DNA of 64,000 nucleotides from Reclinomonas americana ATCC 50394 (Eukaryota), in assembly GCA_048213135.1 (NCBI GenBank), contig PS015010.1, positions 682,001-746,000 of the forward strand. The letters run 5' to 3'. This document shows positions 1 through 10,953 of the stretch, one piece after another. The notes beneath the pieces are model-generated. The model saw nothing but the letters and a program-made list of their open reading frames with translations. It was not told the origin of the DNA and made no database searches. Each line of letters begins with the position of its first letter. The stretch's first letter is position 1. The position numbers and the translations under genes are program-made.

Positions 1-1134
1 GTTTACGACCGGTCGTTTTAATGACCAGTTTGAAAAAGAACTGGCCCGTTATATCGGCGTAAAGCATGTACTAACTACGAATTCTGGCTCTTCTGCTAAC
101 CTCCTGGCTGTTGCCACACTTACTGCCGAAGAGCTTGGGGAAAGGGCAATAAGGTCCGGGGATGAAGTGATTACTGTCGCTGCGTCATTTCCAACTACCG
201 TTAACCCCTGGATTACCTATGGTGTCGTACCCGTATTTGTAGACCTTGAAATACCTTATTATAATATAGATGTTCAATACCTGGAAGCTGCGTTAAGCCC
301 GAAAACGAAAGCCATCATGGTCGCCCATACACTGGGTAATCCTTTTAACCTTGGTGTCGTCGCTGATTTCGCCAAGAAGAATAATCTTTGGCTGATCGAG
401 GATTGCTGTGATGCCTTGGGAGCTACTTACGGAAGCAGGCATGTTGGTACTTACGGTGATATTGGGACACTGAGTTTTTACCCGGCTCACCACATCACGA
501 TGGGAGAAGGTGGGGCGGTCTTTACTTCAAATTCCAAGTTAAAAAAATAACGGAATCTTTCAGGGATTGGGGACGCGACTGCTGGTGTGCCTCAGGTAAG
601 GACAATACCTGCGGAAAGAGATTTGAATGGCAGCTTGGCGATCTCCCTTATGGTTACGACCATAAGTATATCTATTCACACCTGGGCTATAACCTGAAAA
701 TCACAGATATGCAGGCAGCCCTGGGTGTTGCGCAATTGAAAAAACTACCGGGGTTTATCGATAAGCGAAGGCACAATTTTGAACGTCTTAAATCCGGCCT
801 GTCAAAGTTTTCAGATAAACTGGTACTTCCTGAAGCAACCCCGAATTCTAATCCATCATGGTTTGGGTTCCTGATTACTATTAAAGAAGGCAAGGGGATA
901 TCCCGTAATGAACTGGTCGCTCACCTGTCGAAAAATAACATCGGCACCCGTTTGCTATTTGCCGGTGATTTACGTAAGCAACCTTATTTCAAACAGTATC
1001 CTTACCGGGAGGTAGGAAACTTTGCCGCTACAGAGATCATTCTGAATAATACATTCTGGATTGGTGTAACACCTATGATCAATGATGAAATGATTGATTT
1101 TGTAATTGGTGTTTTTAATGAAGTGTTAATATAA
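1..1134 (+). pseudogene. rfbH: CDP-4-keto-6-deoxy-D-glucose 3-dehydrase RfbH/DdhC, 5'-partial, interrupted by a -1 frameshift at an A7 run (541-547)
   Basis: The frame from nt 2 reads [34 protein letters not shown] (TAA 548-550). The -1 frame resumes at 547 with [45 protein letters not shown] and joins ORF 709-1134. One extra A restores the gene, so this may be an assembly error. Confidence 0.88.
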
Positions 1135-1142
1135 GAATTATC

Positions 1143-2195
1143 ATGCTCAGGAATATCCTTCATCCCATAGTGTATGCTGACGTAGAGAAAATAGTATCCG
1201 GAGGTCTTCTGTGGGACCGGGTTGCTGATAAGACCATACTGATATCCGGTGCCAATGGCTTCCTGGCTTCGTACCTGGTTTATTCTTTTTTACTGGCGAA
1301 TGAAATAAAAAAGACGAATTGTAAGGTCATCGCGGTTTGCAGGAGCAGGGACAATGCCGATAAAAAATTCAGCGCTTTTTATGAAAGACCTGATTTTAAA
1401 ATACTGGTACAGGATATAAGCGAGATGAATGATTGTGAAGAAAGTCCCCATTTTATTATTCACGCGGCAAGCCAGGCCAGTCCTAAATATTATGGACTCG
1501 ATCCTGTCGGTACCCTGAAAGCTAACGTGGCAGGCACACAGAACCTGCTTGAACTGGCCCGGAAGAATAATACGCTCTCTTTTTTATATTTCAGTTCCAG
1601 TGAAGTGTATGGAATGATGGAAGAATCTAAGCCCATTACTGAAACTGATTTTGGTTACCTGGATATCAGTAATGTAAGGGCGTGTTACGCGGAAAGCAAA
1701 CGAATGGGAGAAGTGATGTGTGTGAGCTGGTGGAAGCAATTCGGTGTTCCTGTGCGGATGGTGAGACCTTTTCATACTTATGGTCCCGGTATGCTGTTGG
1801 ATGACGGAAGGGTATACGCTGATTTCGTCGCCAGTATTGTAGAAGGTAAAGATATCCGGCTTAATAGTGAAGGCACTGCAAAAAGGGCTTTTTGTTACCT
1901 GTCAGACGCGACAATAGCTTTTCTGAAAGTATTACTGGAAGGGGAGGAAGGGCAGGCGTATAATGTCGGCAACCCGGAAGGTGAAAAAAGTATCCTGCAA
2001 CTGGCAGAACTCCTGGTTGGTTTATTTCCGGAAAAGAAACTATCGGTGGTAAAGAATTTTGTACCACCTCCGGGTTATATTGCCAGCAGGGTGTTAAGTA
2101 ATACGCCTTCTATTGAAAAAATAAAAAGCCTGGGATGGATGCCGGAAGTAGGTATTGAAGAAGGATTTACCCGAACTGTAAACAGCTATCTATGA
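1143..2195 (+). CDS. NAD-dependent epimerase/dehydratase (extended SDR)
   Basis: GANGFL Rossmann motif, SSSEVYG, YAESK catalytic motif, RPFHTYGP. Confidence 0.9.
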   Translation: MLRNILHPIVYADVEKIVSGGLLWDRVADKTILISGANGFLASYLVYSFLLANEIKKTNCKVIAVCRSRDNADKKFSAFYERPDFKILVQDISEMNDCEESPHFIIHAASQASPKYYGLDPVGTLKANVAGTQNLLELARKNNTLSFLYFSSSEVYGMMEESKPITETDFGYLDISNVRACYAESKRMGEVMCVSWWKQFGVPVRMVRPFHTYGPGMLLDDGRVYADFVASIVEGKDIRLNSEGTAKRAFCYLSDATIAFLKVLLEGEEGQAYNVGNPEGEKSILQLAELLVGLFPEKKLSVVKNFVPPPGYIASRVLSNTPSIEKIKSLGWMPEVGIEEGFTRTVNSYL

Positions 2196-3121
2196 ATTTA
2201 AAAGATATAAAAGAAACCTATAAGAGTGGAAAGATCAATAAATGGGAGTATATCGATAAGATGTACGCTGTTCATGCTACCCTGTTCGCATACAGCAAGT
2301 ATATTGAAGATACCAATATATCGGCGATAGAAATAAAAGATGAAAAAGTGATCATGACATTCCGTGATTCGGGCGTCAGGTTGCTTTGCGTGGAAAATGA
2401 CAAAAGGCTGGCACCCATGGATACGCTGAACTTTGGGAGCTATGAGTTGGCCGAACTCGCACTGCAACAGAGCATGATCAAGGATGGAATGATCGTTTTT
2501 GATATCGGAGCCAACTTCGGATGGTATGCCGTGCATATTGCCAAAGCGAGGCCCGGCTGCACTGTTCATTCTTTTGAACCATTCCCGGCCACTTTCAGGT
2601 ATCTCAATGAGAACATCGGACTCAACGCGATCAAAAATATCGTGACACATAATTTCGGTTTTTCTGATGAGAAAGGACAACACCGCTTTTTTATTGACCC
2701 GGCGCTTTCCGTAAATGCCAGCCTGGTAAATGTAAGCGGTTCAACTGAGGTGATCGAGGCGATATGTGATTTTGAAACACTGGATAACTATTGCTACGAT
2801 ACGTCACTTTTTCCCGACCTGATCAAGTGTGATGTGGAAGGTGCTGAATGGCTTGTATGTAAAGGAGGTTTACGCCTGCTGAATGACAAGCAACCTATTG
2901 TTTTTGCAGAAATGCTGCGTAAGTGGGCAGCGAAATTTAATTATCACCCGAATGATATTATCGGACTTTTCAGGGAGATAGGATATAAGTGTTTTGCAAT
3001 CGAAGACGGTTCAATTTACAGGATTGAAGAAGTAACAGAGGAAACGAGGGCTACTAATTATATTTTCCTTCACCCGGTTCGTCATGCCGATGAGATCAGC
3101 CGGGTACAAAATAAGAACTGA
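2192..3121 (+). CDS. FkbM family SAM-dependent methyltransferase
   Basis: VFDIGANFGWY, SFEP and IKCDVEGAE motifs; ATGA overlap with the upstream gene. Confidence 0.9.
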   Translation: MNLKDIKETYKSGKINKWEYIDKMYAVHATLFAYSKYIEDTNISAIEIKDEKVIMTFRDSGVRLLCVENDKRLAPMDTLNFGSYELAELALQQSMIKDGMIVFDIGANFGWYAVHIAKARPGCTVHSFEPFPATFRYLNENIGLNAIKNIVTHNFGFSDEKGQHRFFIDPALSVNASLVNVSGSTEVIEAICDFETLDNYCYDTSLFPDLIKCDVEGAEWLVCKGGLRLLNDKQPIVFAEMLRKWAAKFNYHPNDIIGLFREIGYKCFAIEDGSIYRIEEVTEETRATNYIFLHPVRHADEISRVQNKN

Positions 3122-3909
3122 TGAATAGTATTGAATTTGCCGCTGAAGTACGTAAGCATACGCTTGATATGATCTATCACGCAAAAGCCTCGCATATTGG
3201 GGGCGCATTTTCTATGGCAGATATCCTTGCTGTGTTGTACAATGATATTCTTACCCTGGACACTCACGATCCCAGCTCACCATCCCGCGACAGGTTCCTG
3301 CTTTCAAAAGGGCATGCTTGTACAAGTCTGTACGCAACCCTGGCCATCAGGGGATTTTTCCCGGTAGAGGAACTCCGGTCTTATTCACTGGATGGCAGTT
3401 ATTTCATGTCTCATGCCAGTCATAAAGTGCCGGGAGTGGAATTGTCGACGGGTAGTCTCGGGCATGCACTTCCTGTAGCCTGCGGCATTGCGCTGGCAGC
3501 TAAAAGAACTAACAAGCCTTTCCATATTTATGTCCTGGTTAGCGACGGAGAACTGGATGAAGGATCGAACTGGGAAGCCATTCTTTTTGCAGCGCATCAT
3601 CGGCTTTCCAACCTCACATGCATTGTCGACTATAATAAAATACAGAGCTTTGGCAGGGTAGAAGAAGTGATCGGGTTAGAACCTCTTGATAAAAAGATGG
3701 AAAGTTTCAACTGGCAGGTAAGTCAAATTGACGGCCATGACCATGAACAAATCCTTAGCCAGTTCACAGCACTAAAAGGAGATCAACCCAAGTGCATCAT
3801 CGCTCATACCGTGAAAGGCAAAGGCGTAGACTTCATGGAGAATGACTTGCAATGGCATTATAAATCGCCATCACCCGATCAATTTACAGCGGCAAAAAAT
3901 CAATTATAA
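3121..3909 (+). CDS. Transketolase-like protein, N-terminal TPP-binding subunit
   Basis: SHIGG, RDRFLLSKGH, STGSLGH, SDGELDEG..N TPP motif, AHTVKGKG, WH. Confidence 0.92.
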   Translation: MNSIEFAAEVRKHTLDMIYHAKASHIGGAFSMADILAVLYNDILTLDTHDPSSPSRDRFLLSKGHACTSLYATLAIRGFFPVEELRSYSLDGSYFMSHASHKVPGVELSTGSLGHALPVACGIALAAKRTNKPFHIYVLVSDGELDEGSNWEAILFAAHHRLSNLTCIVDYNKIQSFGRVEEVIGLEPLDKKMESFNWQVSQIDGHDHEQILSQFTALKGDQPKCIIAHTVKGKGVDFMENDLQWHYKSPSPDQFTAAKNQL

Positions 3910-3913
3910 TCCC

Positions 3914-4804
3914 ATGCGTACAGCGTTCATTAATCACCTGGTAGAGAAGGCCCGCGTCAATGACAAGATTTTTCTTGTGGTCGGGGACCTGGGTTATTCA
4001 GTTGTGGAACCTTTTGCCGACCAATTTCCCGACCGGTTCCTGAATGCAGGAATAGCCGAACAGAATATGACGGGTATTGCGGCAGGGCTGGCGATGGAAG
4101 GATATTCCGTATTTACGTATTCCATAGCGAACTTCCCAACATTAAGATGTATGGAACAGATCCGCTATGATGTATGTTATCACGATCTTGATGTGAAGAT
4201 CGTTTCCGTAGGCGGCGGCTATGCTTATGGCTCCCTTGGCGCTTCCCATCATGGAACGGAAGATCTGGGTATGCTGAGAACGATACCCAACCTCATCGTT
4301 ACCGCTCCGGCCGATCCTATTGAAACGCGGGCAGTGCTTTCCACGTTGCTGGATAAACCTTCACCGGCCTATATACGTTTAGGAAAGGCAGGAGAGCCGC
4401 TCGTACACAGTACGGAACTCGAACTGCCGGTGGGAAAGGCCATTTGTTTCCGCCCCGGGAAAAATACAGCCGTATTATCGACGGGTGCTATGCTGCATTA
4501 TGTTACGGAGACCGTTGCGGCCAGGCACGAAGAGTATGGTATTTACAGTTTTCCCTATATCAAACCAATGGACCTTGAAATGCTCAGTCATATTGCTCTT
4601 TCTTATGATAGTATTATCACTATTGAAGAGCACCAAAGGAGCGGAGGGTTTGGTTCCGCAATACTTGAAGGCTTACACGACCTGGCAGAAACAAAACGTA
4701 TAGACCGTATACCTTTTGTGCGCCGGGTGGCTATACCGGATACCTTTACCGTTACCGCAGGTTCGCAAAATTACCTGCGAAACACGCTTGGCCTGAAGAT
4801 ATAA
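3914..4804 (+). CDS. Transketolase-like protein, C-terminal (pyrimidine-binding) subunit
   Basis: Start moved to ATG 3914 (MRTAF); GIAEQN, EQIR, GASHH, YIRLGK, EEH..GGFG. Confidence 0.9.
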   Translation: MRTAFINHLVEKARVNDKIFLVVGDLGYSVVEPFADQFPDRFLNAGIAEQNMTGIAAGLAMEGYSVFTYSIANFPTLRCMEQIRYDVCYHDLDVKIVSVGGGYAYGSLGASHHGTEDLGMLRTIPNLIVTAPADPIETRAVLSTLLDKPSPAYIRLGKAGEPLVHSTELELPVGKAICFRPGKNTAVLSTGAMLHYVTETVAARHEEYGIYSFPYIKPMDLEMLSHIALSYDSIITIEEHQRSGGFGSAILEGLHDLAETKRIDRIPFVRRVAIPDTFTVTAGSQNYLRNTLGLKI

Positions 4805-4819
4805 AACCAGTAAACGCAT

Positions 4820-5824
4820 ATGTCCTCTCCTTTACTGACCATAGCAATACCTACTTACAACAGGGCCAATTTTCTCGATCTGTGTCTGCAGCAGTTTTGT
4901 AAACAGGTGCAGGAATGTGCTGATACCCCGATAGAACTGATCGTTTCCGATAATTGCTCAACAGACGATACCCAGGCGGTTATCGGGAAATACCGGGCGA
5001 ATTATTCCTGGATCACTGCTCACCGGCATGATGAAAATATCGGCGCTGACGGCAATTTTGAGTGGTGCTTTCGGAATGCGAACGGCACGTATTTATGGAT
5101 CTTCGGTGATGATGACCTGCTCCTCGACAACAAGTTGAATGAGATCGTTCAAATACTTAAAGCAGAAGGGCCCGATACGCTTTTTGTAAAAGGGTATGGA
5201 TATGAGAGGGATTATATAAAGGAATACCCGGTCAAAAAACCGGTGGTCCGGAAAAAAAGGTATCGCTCCTTTACAGGATACCGGCAGTATATTGCGAACG
5301 TACATTATAATGTGACTTTCGCATCAGGTAACATCATCAATAAAAAAAATCTCCCGCCCGGTATAGACACAAGAAGATTCATAGGATCTAACCTAAATCA
5401 TTTAATTTGGGTGTTGGAAAATCTCATCCGGGGTAAAAAATTCGGCCTCCTGAATGAAAATGTAATGGCCATCAGGGTCAATAATACAGGAGGGTATAAA
5501 CTGTTCGAAACCTTTGGGAAGAATATGAATGATATCATGACATATATGAAGGAGGAACGCGGGATGCCCAACTATATACGCCGGGTTATAAACTATAATG
5601 TGCTGTTGAGCTTTTTCCCTCCCTATGTCCTTGCTTTCAGAAAGAATGCATCAGGGAAATTCCACCAGGAATCTCCCCGGGCCATCTTATCTGCACAATA
5701 CAGGAGTAACTTGTGGTATTGGATCTTTGTAGTGCCTCTGTTCCTTCTTCCGACCGCTATCGGAAGTTTCTATAATCAACACATTCTTTACAATATAAAC
5801 CGGGTAAAAAATGTCTTTCTTTGA
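4820..5824 (+). CDS. GT2 family glycosyltransferase
   Basis: IAIPTYNRA, VSDNCSTD, NIGADGNF, FGDDD. Confidence 0.9.
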   Translation: MSSPLLTIAIPTYNRANFLDLCLQQFCKQVQECADTPIELIVSDNCSTDDTQAVIGKYRANYSWITAHRHDENIGADGNFEWCFRNANGTYLWIFGDDDLLLDNKLNEIVQILKAEGPDTLFVKGYGYERDYIKEYPVKKPVVRKKRYRSFTGYRQYIANVHYNVTFASGNIINKKNLPPGIDTRRFIGSNLNHLIWVLENLIRGKKFGLLNENVMAIRVNNTGGYKLFETFGKNMNDIMTYMKEERGMPNYIRRVINYNVLLSFFPPYVLAFRKNASGKFHQESPRAILSAQYRSNLWYWIFVVPLFLLPTAIGSFYNQHILYNINRVKNVFL

Positions 5825-6401
5825 TTGGACCCGCAGGGTGACTAAAAAATCCGGTGATAAGATCAGTTTCCTGCTGTGGAAGATGCTGGACAAGCCTCTC
5901 TTTGCAACAATCGGTGGAGGGGTGAATATGGGGCGGAACAGGACCATCGTTAATCACAGGTACATACATATCGGGAATAAATTCCGGGCGCTGGCCAGGT
6001 TGCGTATTGAAGCTATCCACGCATTTCACAGCCAGTCTTTTACACCAACGATCATCATTGGACATAATGTTATTTTTAATACAGATGTACATATCGCCTG
6101 TATCGACCGGGTTGAGATCGGGGATAATGTTTTAGGAGCGAGCAGAATATTTATTTCCGACCATTTACATGGGGATACAACCCCGGCGTCATTGAAGATC
6201 CCCCCTAACGATCGTATGCTTGTTTCAAAAGGTCCGGTCATTATCGGGGCAAATGTATTGATAGGAGAAGGTGTTTGTATCCTGCCCGGGGTAACGATCG
6301 GGGAAAATTCCGTTATCGGCGCCAACGCTGTAGTGACCAAAAGTTGTCCTCCCAATTCCATTCTGGTCGGGAATCCCGCCCGGGCATTAATAAAGGATTA
6401 A
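5811..6401 (+). CDS. Hexapeptide-repeat (LbetaH) sugar O-acyltransferase
   Basis: ISDHLHG and VIIGANVLIGEGVCILPGVTIGENSVIGANAVVTK..GNPAR. Confidence 0.9.
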   Translation: MSFFDWTRRVTKKSGDKISFLLWKMLDKPLFATIGGGVNMGRNRTIVNHRYIHIGNKFRALARLRIEAIHAFHSQSFTPTIIIGHNVIFNTDVHIACIDRVEIGDNVLGASRIFISDHLHGDTTPASLKIPPNDRMLVSKGPVIIGANVLIGEGVCILPGVTIGENSVIGANAVVTKSCPPNSILVGNPARALIKD

Positions 6402-6410
6402 AAGATAAAC

Positions 6411-7694
6411 ATGAACATTGCCTTTACCATAGTAGCCAAAAATTATTTTTCATTTGCCATTACACTTGCCGATTCGTTAAAGAAGACCGATCCTGATCTG
6501 CCATTCTATATTTTTCTCGCAGATGAAGAAGCCGGGCTGCCGGAGAAGTACAGGTCAGCCTATTCCGTGGTGCCCGTTAACAGCCTGGGTATCCCTGTAT
6601 ACAAAGAGATGGCATTCAAATATGACGTTACGGAATTTAACACCGCGGTCAAGCCTTTTGTCATCGATCATCTGTTCACGACCACGAACGCCGGTAAGGT
6701 CATCTATCTCGACCCGGACATCTTTGTGTACCGGTCTTTAACAACAATATATGATATGCTGGAGCAGAGCAGTGTTGTTCTGACTCCCCACTTCCTCGGG
6801 ATGGAGGAAATATATACGGGAAGTAACCCCGAGAAAGAGATCCTTTTTTCAGGGATTTTCAACCTTGGTTTTATCGCATTGCGCAGATCAGACAGGGTAA
6901 AGCTTTTCGTCAACTGGTGGAAGAATAGGTTAGCGGAATATTGTTACGGGGACCGAATGGAATCTTTGCATGTCGATCAGAAATGGATCGATTTCCTGCC
7001 GGCCTTGTTCACACAAAAAGAATTGCTGATATCCCGGCATCCCGGTCTCAATATCGCTTATTGGAACATTCATGAGAGAATGATAGAAAATGACGGACTG
7101 AAAGTCGTTTTAAAGGACGAACCGGGCAATATGTCCGATATCATATTCCTCCATTTTTCAGGGCTTAACCCGCTTGATCCGGGAAGGAATAAGCAGGCAC
7201 CGGGCGTTAATGTGAATGATTATCCGCAATGGCGTCAACTGATCGATGCGTATGCAGCACATGTGCTCCGGAACGATTTCGAAGAATTGTTCAAACTGAA
7301 GTATGCTTATAATGCTTTCGACACCGGGGATCCCGTTCTCCCTTTTCACAGAAGGGTATTCCGCAGGCTACTCGAACTGGAAAGGAAGAATATCTTTGAT
7401 ACCCCGCATGCAGCAGGGGAGGGCAGTTTTTATGCTTTGCTGAAAAAGAACAGGCTCATTGCAGGTTCCGGTGTAAGTATTGAAACAAAAATATCAAAGG
7501 AAAATATTGATGGCTCCGTTAAAAGAATGAAACAGATCAATTTCCTGCTTAAATTTCTTTTGCGGATGGTAGGGCTGAAAAATTATATTACCCTGCTGAG
7601 ATTCTGCCATAAATACTTCAGGCCCGAAAACCAGGTGTTCCTTCTGCAGGAATACAGGAAGATCGCGGAAGAATTATATTTCAAGGTTAGGTAG
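6411..7694 (+). CDS. Putative GT-A fold glycosyltransferase (GT8-like)
   Basis: YLDPDI DxD motif, FNLGF, DQKW, AYWN, FLHFSG; last gene of the + strand sugar operon. Confidence 0.7.
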   Translation: MNIAFTIVAKNYFSFAITLADSLKKTDPDLPFYIFLADEEAGLPEKYRSAYSVVPVNSLGIPVYKEMAFKYDVTEFNTAVKPFVIDHLFTTTNAGKVIYLDPDIFVYRSLTTIYDMLEQSSVVLTPHFLGMEEIYTGSNPEKEILFSGIFNLGFIALRRSDRVKLFVNWWKNRLAEYCYGDRMESLHVDQKWIDFLPALFTQKELLISRHPGLNIAYWNIHERMIENDGLKVVLKDEPGNMSDIIFLHFSGLNPLDPGRNKQAPGVNVNDYPQWRQLIDAYAAHVLRNDFEELFKLKYAYNAFDTGDPVLPFHRRVFRRLLELERKNIFDTPHAAGEGSFYALLKKNRLIAGSGVSIETKISKENIDGSVKRMKQINFLLKFLLRMVGLKNYITLLRFCHKYFRPENQVFLLQEYRKIAEELYFKVR

Positions 7695-7718
7695 CTGTAG
7701 TCGCTGTTTGAGCAACGC

Positions 7719-8791
<1,073 letters not shown>

Positions 8792-8860
8792 TTAGCTTTA
8801 TTTTCTTTTTTTTGTAATTACTTTGAATAAAGTAGGGGATAAAATTAAGGTAAAAAAATT

Positions 8861-9985
8861 ATGAAAATAGCGGTCAATTGCTGGGTGCTGAGAAATAAGC
8901 AACTGGATGGAATTGGTTATTTCACTGTCAATACGGTATCGAGAATTATAAGGGATCACCCGGAAGTGCAATTCCAGATTTTATGCGACAAGGGGTATAC
9001 AGAAGCCTATTTTGACGCTCCCAATGTGACCCTGCACAAGATATTTCCTGCCCGCCGCCACCCGGTGTTGTATGTTTTCTTTATGGAATTGGTACTTCCT
9101 TTTTTCCTGAAGAAACAAAAACCCGATGCATTTGTTTCCATGGAAGGATTCCTGAGTCTTTTTTCCGGTTGCCGGCAGTTACCGGTGATACATGATATCA
9201 ATTTCGAGCATCAGCCCGGAGACCTCAAGCTGCAAAACCGGTTGTACTTCCGTTTTTTTTTCAGACGATTCGCCCGTAAGGCAAAGCGTATTGCTACAAT
9301 ATCCGAGTTCAGCAAAAAGGATATAGCCGATCATTACGGGATCGATGCTCACCTTATCGATAACGTTTCCTGCGGTATCAGCAGTAATTTTTCTCCTTTA
9401 CCGGAAGAAGAAAAAAATAAAGTACGTGATAAATGGAGCAATGGGCAGCCTTACTTCTTTTTTGTAGGCTCCATGCATCCGCGTAAAAATATCAAAAGAC
9501 TGCTGCAGGCTTTCGAGCTGTTCAAACGGGAAACAGGATCGGCGTATAAACTCATCCTGGCGGGCTCTATTCTTTGGAGCAAAGCGGAGATAGAAGATAC
9601 ATTCAGGGACAGCATTCATCGCAATGATATCGTCTTCACGGGAAGACTCAGTGACGAAGAATTATCCGCAGTGCTTGGATCGGCATTCGCCCTGAGCTTT
9701 GTACCCATCTTTGAAGGCTTTGGTTTGCCCATAGTGGAAGCCATGCAATGTGATGTACCGGTTATTTGCTCCAATGTAACCTCCATGCCCGAAGTAGCAG
9801 GCGAAGCGGCCGTATTGGTAGATCCTTACAGCATTGAATCGATTGCAGGAGGGTTGAAAAAAATGCAGTATGAAGATGGCCTGGCTGCAGAACTTATTGT
9901 AAAAGGCAGGGAACAGAGAGTGAAATTTTCCTGGGACAATACCGCTGCACTGCTTTGGGCGTCCATTGTTAAAACAGTGCAATAA
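8861..9985 (+). CDS. GT4 family glycosyltransferase
   Basis: HPRKNI, EGFGLPIVEAM, SMPEVAG. Confidence 0.92.
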   Translation: MKIAVNCWVLRNKQLDGIGYFTVNTVSRIIRDHPEVQFQILCDKGYTEAYFDAPNVTLHKIFPARRHPVLYVFFMELVLPFFLKKQKPDAFVSMEGFLSLFSGCRQLPVIHDINFEHQPGDLKLQNRLYFRFFFRRFARKAKRIATISEFSKKDIADHYGIDAHLIDNVSCGISSNFSPLPEEEKNKVRDKWSNGQPYFFFVGSMHPRKNIKRLLQAFELFKRETGSAYKLILAGSILWSKAEIEDTFRDSIHRNDIVFTGRLSDEELSAVLGSAFALSFVPIFEGFGLPIVEAMQCDVPVICSNVTSMPEVAGEAAVLVDPYSIESIAGGLKKMQYEDGLAAELIVKGREQRVKFSWDNTAALLWASIVKTVQ

Positions 9986-10948
9986 CTATCCTTCCTGGTG
10001 CTTCCATTGCGCTAATATATGGTCAAGCGTTTGTTCAAGCGGAATCTGCGGCTGCCAGCCTGTATGATTTTTTATCTTATCGTAAGAACCGATGATCTGT
10101 TTATTCTCGGCCGGTCGTACGAGTGCAGGATCTGTAACAATTGAAACCTCAATGTTTAACAGCGAGCACATCGTGTTAACCAGGTCCTTCAGTTCTGTCC
10201 CTTTGCCTGAACAGATATTGTAAGCCTGTCCTTTTTCTCCCTTCTTCAACAACAAGAGGTAAGCCCTTGCCACGTCTCTTACATCGGAAAAGTCCCTGAC
10301 TACAGACAGGTCGCCCGTGCGTAATGCAGCAGGGATGCGGCCTGCAGCAATAGCCGTCAATTGCCGGGCAAAAGACGGTATTGCAAAATCGGGGTGTTGC
10401 CCGGGTCCGATATGATTAAAAGACCGGGTCATTACGATATCAAGTTCATATGCCTGCGCATACATAGTGGCGAGCATCTCTTCTGAACATTTGGAAACAC
10501 CGTACGGATTCGAGGGATGCAATGCTGTTTCTTCTGTTAGGGGAAGCAGGGATACATCCACTTTCCCATATTGCTCCGAAGAGCCGATGATCAGCATTCT
10601 GCAGGAAGTGCCGGGGCCCGTTCTCAGGTATTCAAGCAGGTTAAGCAATATGCCTGTATTATTGGCAAATGTATCGGCAGGCCGCTCCCAACTGCGGGCT
10701 ACGCTGCTTGATGAGGCCAGGTGCAGGATGTGATCAGGAATAAAACCGGAGAGGGCTGTATGAACGGGTTCCCTGTCCGTCAGTTCAATATCAACTGTTG
10801 TTATGGAGAGTCCCGGAAATTCCGAAACATTAATATCCCCTGCATGCCTTCCCAGGGCAAAGACCTGTGTCCCGGGCTCAGTTGTATTGAGCAGTTCGAG
10901 AAAATGCCGGCTTACAAAACCACCGGCACCTGTGATGGCGACTCTCAT
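9986..10948 (-). CDS. GDP-4-keto-6-deoxy-mannose reductase (Rmd)-like SDR
   Basis: TGAGGFV, SSEQYG, YGVSK, RSFNHIGPGQ, GDLSVVRDFSDVRDV. Confidence 0.8.
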   Translation of the reverse strand: MRVAITGAGGFVSRHFLELLNTTEPGTQVFALGRHAGDINVSEFPGLSITTVDIELTDREPVHTALSGFIPDHILHLASSSSVARSWERPADTFANNTGILLNLLEYLRTGPGTSCRMLIIGSSEQYGKVDVSLLPLTEETALHPSNPYGVSKCSEEMLATMYAQAYELDIVMTRSFNHIGPGQHPDFAIPSFARQLTAIAAGRIPAALRTGDLSVVRDFSDVRDVARAYLLLLKKGEKGQAYNICSGKGTELKDLVNTMCSLLNIEVSIVTDPALVRPAENKQIIGSYDKIKNHTGWQPQIPLEQTLDHILAQWKHQEG

Positions 10949-10953
10949 AATAC

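Noticed and set aside
9253-9261. T9 run in the GT4 gene (and A7/A8 runs in the GT2 gene) as phase-variation sites
   Set aside because: The genes are in frame and such runs are expected in Phe/Lys codons of AT-rich DNA; there is no evidence without reads.
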